This document shows, one piece after another, positions 1 through 12,369 of a stretch of 64,000 nucleotides of DNA. The DNA comes from Schmidtea polychroa (lineage: Eukaryota), in the NCBI GenBank assembly GCA_044892525.1, contig CM097888.1:58342001-58406000 (forward strand), in the 5' to 3' direction. The translations under genes and the position numbers were made by a program. Numbering within the stretch: position 1 is the first letter of the stretch; the number at the start of each line of letters is the position of its first letter. Below the pieces are notes generated by a model. The model searched no databases, had not been told where the DNA came from, and saw only the letters and a program-made list of their open reading frames with translations.

Positions 1-1842
1 AAGCAATAAAATTTTGTTGCATCATGTAATTACACATTTTTGAAGTGATGCATAGAAGTTTTCTTCCACATAATCTAGTAATTGATTTCCTATATTTCGG
101 AAATTTTTTGATTGCTGCTACCTCTTCTTTCTGTGGAAATTTCTCCAAATTTTTTATATTTGTAAATTATATTTCGGATTGATTCTTTGCGAATTCCTAA
201 TAATCGCCCGAAATTATAAATATCTTCCCCGTTTCCATTACATTGACTAATCTGATTTTGTCAAGCTATGAAATTCTATCGAAATATTAGTTTTTAAATT
301 TAGGCTAATAAAATTTTACGATTTTCTAGTTTTTTCCCCAACATCAACATCGGATGGCAAAGTTGAAATTTCAAGGTAATGTGAAATACTTAAAAACTAT
401 TAAATTTTTTAAAAAATTAAGATAAATCTTACGAATTATTGTCTTCATTATTCTATACAACTCTAAGTTGAGTTTTCGGAATTTAAGTTAAAAATTTTTT
501 GTTATTTTATTCTTAAAATATTCTAAAAATGTCTGTAAATGATTTATTATAGTGCGTTTATTCATTACAACGATTATATATATCGAAATTTTGCATGCAT
601 TTTTAACTATGTGTTGTGTTTGTGTGTCATTTTATTTTTCTACTACTTTCTCATTTTCTATATTAAATGCGTTTATTCATTGCAAAGCTAAAAATCAACT
701 CACAGGTAAGTTGGTATGTTTATATAATATACACATTGACTTTTTTTTTAATATTATATATGCGTTTGTTCACTACAAACAGGTGTATATTAAATAGTAA
801 AATTACAAAAGCGATTTACACGAACTACATTAGTCAAGCCTCCACAATAACATCCAAACAGGAGCGTCAAATGGACTACTATTTAAGTATCTAAATGAAA
901 TTTTTTTTAGAAAGCTGTTCATGTAAATATCAAGTCAGGATATAAAATTATACCACTGATATATTAGTAATAAAATCAAAAATTACAGAATCAGTGTCAA
1001 CTCACCTCACAAAATCACAGAAACAAAATTAAATATACTTTGTTTTAATTTTCAGAACTTCGAATATTAGGTTTTATCGGTTTTCTAACTTTACACTTGA
1101 CTGGTCATATTCATCGATTTTTACAACTTCCATTTTCATTACACAGCTATTTTATTAACTTGAAAATATAAATAATAAAATAATACAGATAACTTTAATA
1201 TATTTATTTAAACTTTACAAACTATTACAGTTTTTGATACCAATGTTTTTAAACAACAACAAATTAACAACATAAAATTTTTTACACATTATAAACTTTA
1301 TACAATCCAACTACCTGATTACATATTACGGTGAAACCCACATATAACGAATAGGTCGGGACCGGTGAAAACTCTCCCCTTATAACGAATTTATACGGGA
1401 GAGCAAAAAAAATAAAATTAAACATTAAAGCAAATTTATTTATTAATTTCATCATTAAATACATTTTCCTACTCGAACACTTTCACGGATAAAGCAGGCG
1501 CAAGAAAATATAATTTAACCAAACCTTAACACAAATAATTGACGGATTATTGTTGAGCCTTACTCGAAAACAAACAACCTCAATTTGAAGGGGACTACAA
1601 GAATAAATTAAAACTACAAAAAATGCATTAAAAATTACACATGAAAGTCATTTGAGACTAAACTTGCAGGGATTATCAATTCTAACATACCTGCATTTTC
1701 AGAATTTGGTTTCAAACTTTATATCAGCCGTCTAATAATGAGTTAAGACAAAGATTATTTATTAACTCGTATGATTGAGCGTGATTATTAGTTTCCTGGA
1801 ACTAATCTTTTGAAACTTAACTCATTTTCTGTTATCATTCAG

Positions 1843-2858
1843 ATTACTATCCATGGATTCCAATAATTCTTGGAATTCAATGCTTTCTTTTCTATTTACC
1901 GAAACTTTTCTGGCAGGAATATTGTTCTTTCAAAGCTGGGAGTGATTTGCAAAATCTTATTGATTCTTCAATATCTGCTTCAAGAGCTTCAATTGAAGCT
2001 CGAGATCAAGCAGTTAAAATTATTTCAAATAGGATTGAAAATTTATTTCATTTTCATCGGGATTATCAAAACGGCATAATTCCGGAAATTAAACGAAGAA
2101 TTTTTAAGAGATGCCCTTTGTTAATTTGGGGGAAACGTTTTGGTAATGGTATCCTAGGTGTTTATATGTTTATCAAACTGTCGAATATTTTTATTGCGGG
2201 TTTCCAGTTATACCTTATGAAAAGAGTCTTGCAATTAGACAATGAATTTTTGTCAGTGTTCGGTCAAGTTTTTGCCCATATTTATCATGGGCACAGCTGG
2301 AATTCCACAAAATATTTCCCCCGAATAGGAAATTGCAGATTGGTAGGAATCAGATCTATTGGTATTAATGACAACTCATACGTTTCTCAGTGTGTTCTGC
2401 CAATTAATATTCTCAATGAAAAAATTTACATTTTTCTCTTTCTCTGGATGTTGTTATTGATTGCATTCTCATCATTTTATTTGTTCTACTGGCTTTACGT
2501 TATTTCTTTTCGATCTCCTAAACAAGAAATGATCACATCGTATCTAAAGGGAAAATGTAATTTTTCAAAGATTGAAAAACCAATAATTGGAAAATTTATC
2601 TCCGAGTTCATTCGGCTAGATGGGATTTTCCTGTTGAAAATGATTCGAATTAATTCTGGTGATGTTTTGACAGCTTGTGTCGTTGAAAATCTTTGGAATA
2701 CTTACAAAGTTAAATATCAATTTATTGATTTTTCAAATTCCAGAATTTCTGACGAAATGGAAAATTTTGCTATAAAATTAATTCCAGGGGATCAGAAAAT
2801 ACTTATAAATTCAAAGATTGAATCACCTTCCGCACCATTGAAAGAGATGTATTTCTAA
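1843..2858 (+). CDS. inx: Innexin (gap-junction protein), large 3' exon covering TM2-TM4 and the C-tail; 5' exon(s) not resolved
   Basis: Acceptor ttatcattcag|AT at 1841-1842 opens in frame with ORF 1947-2858. It reads YYPWIPIILGIQCFLFYLPKLFW (innexin YYQW motif), FPRIGNC and CVLPINILNEKIYIFL (second-loop Cys and TM4 signature). Confidence 0.9.
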
Positions 2859-4089
2859 TAATAGCTAAAATTTTTTTAATAAAATATTTCCATTAATCAT
2901 TAAATCTTTTATTCATTTGTAGTTTACATTTCATTCATCTATTATACATTTTTTGAAAGAATTAGGCGTTGTAATAAAGTGTTGTATTACTCTTTTCCAT
3001 TGTATTTTCTACAATTCTACAAATATCCACTTAATATATAAAGCCATGAAATCTCCTTCCTATTAATCTACAAATACTCACTATAATTAACCATAAAAAT
3101 TTCAATAGTCAAAAAATTCTTTTAAAATTCTTTAATTGTTTATTATTGAAATTATTTAAATGTTGTCTACAAAATAAATTCTAATTCAAATCTCCATCGG
3201 TAGGGCATGTAAGAGCCAATTGGACGCCGAGGTCAGATTATATGTGTGTTAATATATATAAATTTTAAAATTGTAGTTTTTTTTTATCAAAAATTTATTA
3301 ACCTAAAATAACTTAAAAATTCTGATTTAAAATATCTAAAAACAAAACCAGATGTAATAAATAAAAATTAAAAATGCGCTTTTCGAGCCTCGAGAGCTGC
3401 AAAAATAAATTTCCATGGCATAGTCGTCGAAATGTTCAGAATCATGAAATCTTAACGTTTCAAAACAATTAACGAAAATCGTATCATTAAAAATATAATA
3501 GAACATTACTAAATATTTCTTTTAAGTAAAGTGAAAAATAAATGAAAGATGCCATATTCTTTTTAAATAAAAAAATGAATCTTTGGAGTTGATGTAGATT
3601 GATTTGACCGAAACACAAAATATTTTTATTATTCTAAACCTTTTGATTAAAATATAAAAAAAATAAATGGAACCTTCGGATTAACTTACGATATTATTAG
3701 AGTTATGCAGTAAGTATATGATAGTTTTCTAACTTTATAATTACCTACTACTTCTCACTTAGTTAAAATTCTTAAGTCGAATTCGCTACTTTACTAGATT
3801 TTGTTTTAAAATTTTGTAAAAATAAATGAAAGATATACGTTAAGAAACTATATCAAAATCTCAAGAGACCGAATATTAATCTTAATAATTTTTAACAAGA
3901 GTTTATTGCAAATTTTTGCAAATGCATGATTAAATCTATGTGGCCATTTCAAAACCAATTTTTTAATGTTCTTTGAAGTTTAAAATTTTACTGGCCATAT
4001 TCGATGGAAAATACATAATAAAGTTATAGATTTTTAATTTTTTGTAGCATTTTTAGAATTCGCGAATCAAATATAAACAAATAAAAAAA

Positions 4090-4830
4090 TCTTCCTATTT
4101 TCTGTTGTAAATTTATCATCCAATTCTTACAGCCATTGTTGAAAAATATCAGATGTTATCCAAGCTTTTCTGTTAAATTTATAAGAAAGCGGTAATGAAT
4201 GAATATTTTCCAGAAATCTTGGTTTTGTGACTTGCCTATGAGTATTTGGGTGAGTTTTTTCGACCTGCACAATTTGTATAAAGTAACAGCGTCATAAGTT
4301 CTTTGTAGTGTTTTTCTCCGTTGAATTTTTCATTTTTCAAAGCCAATGTTTTATCTGACATACATCGAAAAAAGAGTGCCGTCTCATCAGCGTTGANNNN
4401 NNNNNNNNNNNNNNNNNNNNNNNNNNNNNNNNNNNNNNNNNNNNNNNNNNNNNNNNNNNNNNNNNNNNNNNNNNNNNNNNNNNNNNNNNNNNNNNNNNNN
4501 NNNNNNNNNNNNNNNNNNNNNNNNNNNNNNNNNNNNNNNNNNNNNNNNNNNNNNNNNNNNNNNNNNNNNNNNNNNNNNNNNNNNNNNNNNNNNNNNNNNG
4601 TATCGATATCTTGTTTGTGAATGGCTGAACTCTGACCACAAAATTTACTGAATGATATTTAATGTCAGTTCAAAAACTTTGTCAGTCATCCATCACTTCC
4701 ACGGAAAATGACGACACTTAATTTCTTCGAATGTATTTTAGCTTTTTTCTTTACAATGTTTCCTGATAATGGAAGGTGGATATTTCGACACTCTTTCATA
4801 AACCCGTTATAAGAGGCGGAACATCATATC
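4090..4830 (-). pseudogene. Degraded Tigger/pogo transposase spanning an assembly gap
   Basis: Minus-strand NADETALFFRCMSDKTLALKNEK (pogo DDE motif) left of the gap. A CENP-B-HTH-like stretch (KKAKIHSKKL..GSDGWLTKF..CGQSSAI) lies right of it. Stops and frameshifts present. Confidence 0.7.
4397..4599. other. Assembly gap (203 N)
   Basis: Run of N. Confidence 1.
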
Positions 4831-5455
4831 CGATTATGAGCTAAATTAAAATCAATTAGATAAACTTTGGATATTGAAAATTTCACTAGTTATAATAACT
4901 AAATTAGCCAAGTAAAACAACAAAAAGGGAAAATTTCCTTAATTTAGAAATTTGGTAAGATATATTAAATCGAAAATGTGAATGAATTTTAGAGTTTAAT
5001 TAAGATAAAAAATTTTTTTGGATATTTAATATGCTGGATATTAGAAAAAGATTAAAATTTTTGTTAATAACGATTGAAAATGTGAACGAATTTTAGACTT
5101 TAATGGAGTTAATTTTTTTATTTACTAAGCTGGATATATGAAAAGGATTTAAAAAATTTATTTTGGATCTTAAAAGTACCTAGAGTGACCCACGGTAAAC
5201 ATCAAAAGGTCCATTGATATGAGAGTGCGAAAGAAATAATGAATCTATCTTCGACTCCAGGTGTTGAACAAACTTTAATATGGGTAGCTAAAGCGTATCC
5301 TTAAATGACTTGTAGACACAACTTCGCTAATTCCCAGACGTTTGAAAGAAATTTCGTGTATACTTGAGTGAAGTTTAATGATACTCTAGTAAATTAAGAT
5401 CTGACGTTTGTAAAACCAAAACTATTAACGACACCAAAATTATCGTAACTTATTA

Positions 5456-6080
5456 TGTTGAGGATACCTAAATAACAATTTATAAATAAATAAATAAAAT
5501 TACCGGGGGGAAGATCGTCATGACAAACAGAACGATCTATGGGAACTCAGATAAGAAAATGGAAGTGAAAAGAAATGAGAAAGAGGAATGAAACAAAAGA
5601 AATTAAACAAGAAAATAAAAACCAAGGTCTAATTAAGTACTAATTAATTTGTACAAAAAAGAAAAGGAATTTTGAAAATCGGGAAAAAGGAAAACAACAA
5701 TATTCTTATCTCGACAGCTTGCCAGTGATAACGTAATTGCCGGAGAAGGCGGTTGAACAAAAAAGGAAAAAGAGAAACTATCTTGACAGCCGTCAGAGAT
5801 AAATATGGAACAGTCGGGAGAGGCAGGAGAAAGAATTGAAAAAACACTTGATTATCTTGAGTGCCACAATATAAGCGAACTATATAAAGAGAAACTAGCA
5901 GAGACAAAATCAGACAAAATTAGAGACAAAGAGTGACGTGAAATTGAGACGAAACGTGAGAGACAAATTGATGCAAAAACAAGACAAAAAGTGGCGCGAA
6001 ATTGAAACGATTTAAGAGACAATTTGAGAGATAAAATTATTAGAGAAAAATTAGACGTCGAACGAAACGTTATTGGAGAT
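5456..6080 (+). mobile_element. 5' part of an LTR, same family as the solo LTR at 50605-51647 (opposite orientation), truncated on the right
   Basis: Starts TGTTGAGGATACCTAAAT and aligns by eye (roughly 80%) with the reverse complement of ~51020-51647. Confidence 0.75.
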
Positions 6081-6089
6081 ATTGATATC

Positions 6090-6310
6090 TATTGATATCT
6101 AGGGGACGAGACTGAAGCTAACTTGACTCCTTCCCAGAAACCCAAGGTGATTTGCCAAAATGATCTCCCTCATGTGTACCCATGACGACGAGTCATGTTG
6201 GTGCTGTACACATAGGTTGGAACCTATGAGTAGGTGAGCCCCTGTGTTAGTACTACTCACATTATTCGCTGTTCGGGTTCGTGAATTCCGTTGGAAGGAC
6301 TTACATCAAT
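6090..6310 (-). mobile_element. LTR 3'-end fragment (copy D) of the RING-carrying LTR family
   Basis: Contains donor GTAAGT (6304-6299), the GGGGCTCACCTAC motif and the bulged stem-loop (6168-6216), as in copies A, B, C and E. Confidence 0.6.
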
Positions 6311-7169
6311 TTGCTTTCGCCCCTGGTCCAAATGGGTCGCTTATCATAGCTATTCGAATATGTAGACAGAAATCAATAGATCATATACAAAACTGTAACA
6401 AGACGATATCCGACACAAATATATTAAACGCAGTACAAAGACACTCAATTTCCTTTTTCCATTGAACTTGTGAAGCTTGCATATTTATTCGAACTTATCG
6501 AACCATTCGTCGATTTTTGATATTCTCACCGTTAAAACATTCTATTGCACTTAATGTCTTTTAACATTCCAGATAGCTTGTATAATATTACTCAATAAGA
6601 CATAGACAATATTTTAAAACGTTTATTTACACACCTGTAAGTTATTAAACAACTTTTAATTTCACTTATACATTAACATTGAAAACTACAATTTAATATA
6701 ATCAAAAAATCCATAACATATGCGTTTCCATTTACGAAGCGCACCAAACATTTGAATTGTTCCATTACAAGATGACGGGAACTTGAAATAATTAACATTA
6801 AAAATAACTTTTAAAGGAAATAAATCTAAATTTTATTTTAAAATAAATACCTTACTAAATATTTCAAAACTTAATGAATAAGTCGTTAAAAATTAAAAAT
6901 GAATCGTTATTAAAATCAATAAAAGAACAAAATATATATTTTATAAAAATATGTGAAATAGAATAATATCATAATTTATTTAAGAAGGAATTGTAAATTT
7001 CCAAAATTCTTAGAATAGTGATAGTTTCCCTCCATGTTCTAAGATAGTAGTTTACATAATCTTTTATATGCCTTAAATGAAGAGTGCAATTGTCCTTAAA
7101 TTTTTTTTAATTTTAACATGTTTAGCTGTTTGAACATTAAGATATACAAATTCAATCATAAATTTTAAA

Positions 7170-8456
7170 TGTTCCATTTGCTGGGGTGCTACTCGGTTGA
7201 CTCCGATAAAACCTTTCGATTCACGTCTAGAGGATGGTGGTCTCTTACATTAACATCTTTCGCATTTCTGTCAGCCGCAAGCAGTACTCCACATGATCTC
7301 TCACGACATAACACCCATGAATTGCTCCATATTGGTACTATATTATGTCGGCGAGACATCAGAAAACAGGTGAGCCCCTGCCTTAGGACTACTCTTTCCT
7401 GAAGACTCGACTTTTCCTTCTCCGACGGCTGATAGAAGGTCTTACGTCTTAACTACTCCCCATTTGATCTCAACTCGTTATCCTCCTCTGAGTTCGTTGC
7501 CCGGAATTTTCAGATTCAGAGAGTATGGTAATTAAGACAATTTCTTCACGATAGTAGAAAAGAAAACAGTGAACGAAAACGTTTATTGATCAACTATTAC
7601 ACACTTAACCGTCGACACAACAAAAGAAAACATTTGACTACACAATGTTGATCACAAAATTCATGACTATTCAGAGGTTATCCTACTCAAGAGTATCGTT
7701 TCGTTTCTCCCGGTCGGCTTCCGCAAATAAGGCCTCTAAATCGAAAAATTCGGAAGCGTTCTCTTCCCAAGTTGTTCCAGCAGCTGAGATGATCCGACAC
7801 TGCATCCCGGTGTTCGCAGTTGACACGGGAGCAACGCTACTATTCGCCTGCTCAATGGGTGCGACGCGCTTCTGTGCCTTTTCGATAGCTCGCTCCTGCT
7901 TTTTCTTACGCTCTGCTCGAGATAGCTGTCGTCGCTTGGGCTTTAATGATGGATTGGTAGTATAGGATATACTGGGTGTTGGGAAAATTTTGGGTTTCAC
8001 TCTACTGGTGCCCATGAAAACGACTTCATTGGAATTAGGCGAGAGTTCCGCCTCTACACACCCTTGACAAGACTTCTCCGAGGTTCGAGGTCTATTCGGG
8101 GTTTGGTCGTGATGGGTAGGCAACACATTATCTTCCTCGGTTATCGGTATAGTCACGATCTTTCGAGTAATCGAAGCCTGTAGGTACTCTTTGTTTAGAG
8201 CTTCCGACTGCTCCTTTATGAGAAGCCGTTGCGATCTACTTTCAGCGATTAGACTATCGCGGCATTGTTCGCTCCGGAGTAAAAAAAAATCAAATTTTAT
8301 TTTCTGAAATCGTACTGGCCACAAGGCCGAAGGGGAGAATTTCTCACCCTTATGTGTTCTGCAGCTTTTAATTGTCAATTTCTTCTAATGTTGGAGTTAG
8401 AAACTCCCACATTTGTACGTGGTTTACAAGTTTTTCCGGTAAACATCCTTAGGCAT
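7170..8456 (-). mobile_element. LTR-derived segment (copy C) with coiled-coil ORF and structured block; no PBS follows, so 3' or solo LTR
   Basis: Same order as copy A: ORF, donor GTAAGA (7445-7440), AGTAGTCCTAAGGCAGGGGCTCACCT, bulged stem-loop (7304-7350), CA terminus near 7170. Confidence 0.6.
7683..8456 (-). pseudogene. Coiled-coil/basic protein of the LTR family; open 8378-7683, ancestral N-terminus (ATG 8456) broken by in-frame stops
   Basis: LRSEQCRDSLIAESRSQRLLIKEQSEALNKEY aligns with LRLEHCRDSLLEESRCQRLTIKAQSEALHKIY of ORF 12890-13648. The upstream in-frame MPKDVYRKNL*TTYKC resembles MTTSTNTGKNLHPCFSC. Confidence 0.7.
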
Positions 8457-8464
8457 GATAGAGG

Positions 8465-8620
8465 TGTTGGCGTATGTGGGGAAGAAAGGAAATTACGATC
8501 GCTTTCGTTCCGCTCAGACCCTTCCACAGCATACCCGCAATGACTTTACTAATATTCCCTCATGTGAGCCCGTGGAGATGTTACACGTTGGTGATGCCCA
8601 CATGGGTTGGAGTCGGTTAG
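8465..8620 (-). mobile_element. LTR 3'-terminal 155 bp (copy B), near-identical to the end of copy A
   Basis: Matches 12370-12545 with about 5 substitutions plus one indel. Ends ...CCCCACATACGCCAACA with no PBS after it. Confidence 0.8.
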
Positions 8621-9532
8621 TAGGTGAGCCTAGATCTGAGCGTTCTTGGGTCGGCCGTGATTCTCCTGTGCTCTCTTTGTCTTCTCTTTGTTCCTTTTGC
8701 TTGAGCGGGTTCTGACTTGGTTTGTCCTAATCGGTTGTCGGGTTTCTTCGAATTCCTCCTGCGCAGGTTCTGAATTTCTTTAACTGGATTGCTTGTCGAT
8801 CTTATTTGAATTCCTTCTAAGCTGGTTCTGAGTTGGCTTGGTTGGATCCAACAATGAAAAAATGATATCGTGTTGCATTTGCTTACACGAATCAATCATT
8901 CCCTTTTGCAATATTCAAACACAGACACCGTTTAGGGCCTCTGTTATGCTTCTCTTCTTTTCCCCATACAATCTTCGTGGATTATAATTACCCATCAACC
9001 CATATTTTTCGTCTATTTTAAATTATCTATTTGGGGTAGTAACAATTATCTATATGGTCGTATGAATTATCTATAGTTACCATTTATAGTATAAATAGGT
9101 CGTTGTCGGTATCTGCTTATTACCCCCCTTTATTTTCTTAATCCTCTTGCGCTATTTTCGCTATTTTTCTTATTCCTGTCTGTTCTCCCCTCACTCGGTT
9201 CTACTCTGGAACCAAAAAAATTCGTTTTCCCGGTTTAAACCAAAAAAAATTCTGTAGAACTTTGTCTGCTTAACTGGGATCCCCTTTAATTATTTAATTA
9301 TTTTCTTCCTTTTGTTAATCATTTATTCTCGCTTATTCTTTATTTTACTATCTTCTTAATTCATTTTCCTTTCTTGTTCCTTTTCCCCCTTGAAATTATA
9401 TTATCCATTACTACGAGCTCGTTTATTCTTCCCTAAAATCAAATTCCCGTATCTAATTTAAATTCGCTTCCCTTAATTCCGTTTTTCAGCTAGCTTTAAT
9501 ATTCTATCTCACTGTAATTTCTAGGCCTTTAC

Positions 9533-9855
9533 GACTGGCTGGTACTTTTCAACAGCTCAATCTTCATTATCCTGACCGGCTGGACTTCTCACAACTCGGC
9601 CTTAATATCTCTGGACTGACTGGACTCTTCACAACTCAGTCTTAATTTCCCTGACCGACTGGACTCTTCAACAGCTCAGTCTTAATTTCCCCGGACTGGC
9701 TGTACTCTTCAACAGCTCAGTCTTAATTTCCCTGACCGGCTGGACTCTTCAACAGCTCGGCCTTAATATCTCCGGACTGGCTGGACTCTTCACAGCTCAG
9801 TCTTAATTTTCCCTGACCGGCTGGACTTTTCAACAGCTCGGCCTTAATATCCCCT
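9533..9855. repeat. Tandem array of eight ~40-bp units with alternating variants
   Basis: Consensus GACYGGCTGGACTCTTCAACAGCTCRGYCTTAATWTCYCY read directly. Confidence 0.9.
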
Positions 9856-11405
9856 GAACCTGCATGCTTCCGCTTCTTTTTCTCTTTTATTCCAAATTCT
9901 CATTTTCTCTGCTTTTGTTGAGGTCTCGATATTCGGGAACACTCAACTTACTGGTTCTTATATATGTATAAATATATCAAAAGACAAAGTAATTTCTAAA
10001 ACTTTTGTTATAAAGAAAAATTTACCAAATATGAATTAGTCTGCTAGATTATAAAAATCCTTTTAATATCCAACCGAATATGCTTGTATGTACTGTGTGA
10101 ATGTTGTGTTTCTCTTGCTGTGTTGCGTGTAGGCTTTTGAACGTTTTTGTTTGTCTGTTCGAGTTTTAGCACTAATAAGGATTAACCTTTTTAGTATGTT
10201 AACGCGGTTAAAATTTTGGGCGAAGAAAATGAATTTTACCTCGCTATTTATACTATTTTCGTGTCTATGAAATTAAATTGATATATTTTTATAAGTATAC
10301 TTAAGAAAATAACATATTTTATAAATATGGTTAAAGTATTAATTATTGAAAAATTAATTAAAGTGTTAATTATAAAAATTATATATGTTCTAAAATTATT
10401 ATTATTTAATTATTATTTTAAAATATCTAAAATTCTAAAATCATATGTCCACTTATGTTCTTATAAATTGTTATTATTCTTATAGCATATGTTTTGAAAT
10501 CAAGATTATAATTTCAAATACTAATACTAATTAAGATTATTTATTTTGTAATTCTAAATAATAATTAGTCCCCGTAATATATTTTATTTTAATGTACATG
10601 AACATCGAAACATGAAATAATATTCCAAAGATAAATAAGATGCACAGTAATAATAATTGTCATAAAATAATAATCCAAAAATAAATAAGATGCACAGTAA
10701 TAATAATTGTCAAAAGCATAAACTAATGTACATAGTCAATAATCAAATTGCAATGATAATCGTCACTGTTTTGACTTGTCCGGCTTTGGTTATTTGGGTT
10801 CTACGTAGATATTGACTCTGAACTTGTTGCTGCCCGTTCTATAGTAGTGGGTTAGTTCAAATTCTTCAATTCTTCTTCCTCTGTCATCCAACACTTTTAC
10901 TTTTAATTTGTCGACTTAATCTTTACCGCTTGAGAGTGTTTTCCCCTTTCCCCCCTTGCTCAAAACGCAAAACGATCGCATTGATCCATTTCTACATTGG
11001 CATGGTGATCAGTCATACCGCATAAACTTTTCAATATCCGCGATGGTACCTCGCCTCACATTTCTTACTCGGGATGATCGTACCTCCCGAAGGTGGCTCG
11101 GTTTTTCCCCCTTTAACCCTTATGTTGGGACTAGTTCCACTTTATGTAATTAATTAAAAATTTTTTTTTAGACACTTTTTCTTCATGGTGAACAAAAATT
11201 ATAATAAAATTATTAAGATCTATCATAAACGGAATTATAGCTGCACACAATGAGATAAACAAACAAAAATATTTTATTCATTATTCAGTTCACGCTACAT
11301 AACGATATACAATACTATTATTAAAATGTTACCACATCGATAAAATAAAATGTTTCAGTCTAATTGTTAAATCAACCAATTCTTTCACCGAGTGACGATC
11401 GCGCG

Positions 11406-11885
11406 CTAATTGAAATAGACAACGTGTTTTTCTTTTATCTCGCATGCACATAGAGAACAATGAGTCAAGACGGCGACGCATTCGTCGCAATGACTTAGGT
11501 GTCCGCAAGGTAAGATCAGAATTCTGCCGGGTCGGACCTTACAGATATTACAAGTTCTCAATGCTGCTGCTTTCTCTTCGATCAAGATTCGTATTCTCTT
11601 AGACAGAGTTTTCACTTGTTCGCGTACTTTTATATATTCAGTATTTAAGTCAGGATCGTCGAGACGTTGTTGAAACCATTGGTAGTGGATTGACAAGTCA
11701 GTGTCGTTATTTGTTGCTCCCAATATATCTGTTAGAAAGTTTTGTTTAGATATCAGTGGTGCATTGTGACGTTGCTGCTCTAGGAGTTCTATTTGTTTCA
11801 ATTTCTCGGTTAATGTTTCTATTGAGTCGTTTTCTATGTCGACGAACCTGCTTAGTCGCTGTAAATGCTGTCTGGCTTCTGGCAT
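11406..11885 (-). CDS. Coiled-coil plus C-terminal IAP-type C3HC4 RING protein (159 aa, probable E3 ligase), carried by an LTR element
   Basis: CNIC..ILILPCGHLSHCDEC..LTHCSLC..IKEKHVVYFN* has all 8 Zn ligands and a terminal aromatic residue as in IAP RINGs. No BIR domain. Acceptor ttattcag|atATG precedes it. Confidence 0.85.
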   Translation of the reverse strand: MPEARQHLQRLSRFVDIENDSIETLTEKLKQIELLEQQRHNAPLISKQNFLTDILGATNNDTDLSIHYQWFQQRLDDPDLNTEYIKVREQVKTLSKRIRILIEEKAAALRTCNICKVRPGRILILPCGHLSHCDECVAVLTHCSLCACEIKEKHVVYFN

Positions 11886-12344
11886 ATCTGAATAAATGTG
11901 TAGTTATTATTTATTCTTACTGATGTTAAAGATAATATTATTGCGCTTTTGTTTAATATTATTTATCTTTTATTTGTTATTGTTTCCAACTTTTGCATTT
12001 TATTCAATCTTTAAAAATCTCCCCGTCGTACTTTCGATTTTCAATCATTTAATTTTATTGTCATTACTTTCCTTCATTACCCCTTTTATTTTAATAAATT
12101 ACAAATATTTAATTCCCATTTTCTCTTCCAATCATACTCAATCATATTCATTCATACTCATTTAGATTCATTTTTGTTCATATCACACTCTATTTCGGAC
12201 TCTTAACACAAACAGTTCACGTTTTCGTTTCATTGCACCATAATATTAAATCAATTCAGTTCGGTCCCGATTCTATTTTTTATCATAATTAGTTGGATTA
12301 GCACATCATAACACAACAATAAACACTCAAATCAAATCAGATTC

Positions 12345-12362
12345 ATCCCGGCTGAGCCCCCA
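12345..12362 (-). promoter_or_regulatory. Primer-binding site complementary to tRNA-Pro 3' end
   Basis: Minus strand TGGGGGCTCAGCCGGGAT is 16/18 identical to the MLV tRNA-Pro PBS TGGGGGCTCGTCCGGGAT. It lies 7 nt after a CA terminus. Confidence 0.85.
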
Positions 12363-12369
12363 AAAATCA

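Noticed and set aside
550-785. Three copies of TGCGTTTATTCATTRCAA and the short ORFs over them; also a ~40-bp duplication near 10625-10712
   Set aside because: Short local duplications in AT-rich DNA with no further structure.
4321-4641. ORFs in the track crossing the N run
   Set aside because: Artefacts of the gap; the real signal is a minus-strand Tigger remnant.
6211-6228. Alternative hairpin CATAGGTT-GG-AACCTATG competing with the lower stem in copy D (RNA switch)
   Set aside because: Not conserved in copies A, B, C or E.
8404-8411. TGTGG(G)AGT at 8411, 13741 and 18720 as LTR 5' ends
   Set aside because: The 8411 site lies inside the ancestral reading frame of the coiled-coil ORF and no matching TSDs were found, so LTR 5' limits are left open.
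8561-8625. Pistol/twister ribozyme or K-turn reading of the structured block (CGTGG..CACG TT, TGAGCCCC)
   Set aside because: The required pseudoknot loop and GA/AG pairs are not conserved across copies, and the wobble pattern favours the opposite strand.
9533-9855. CRISPR array (also considered for 55582-55953)
   Set aside because: Head-to-tail repeats without unique spacers, in a eukaryotic context with no cas genes.
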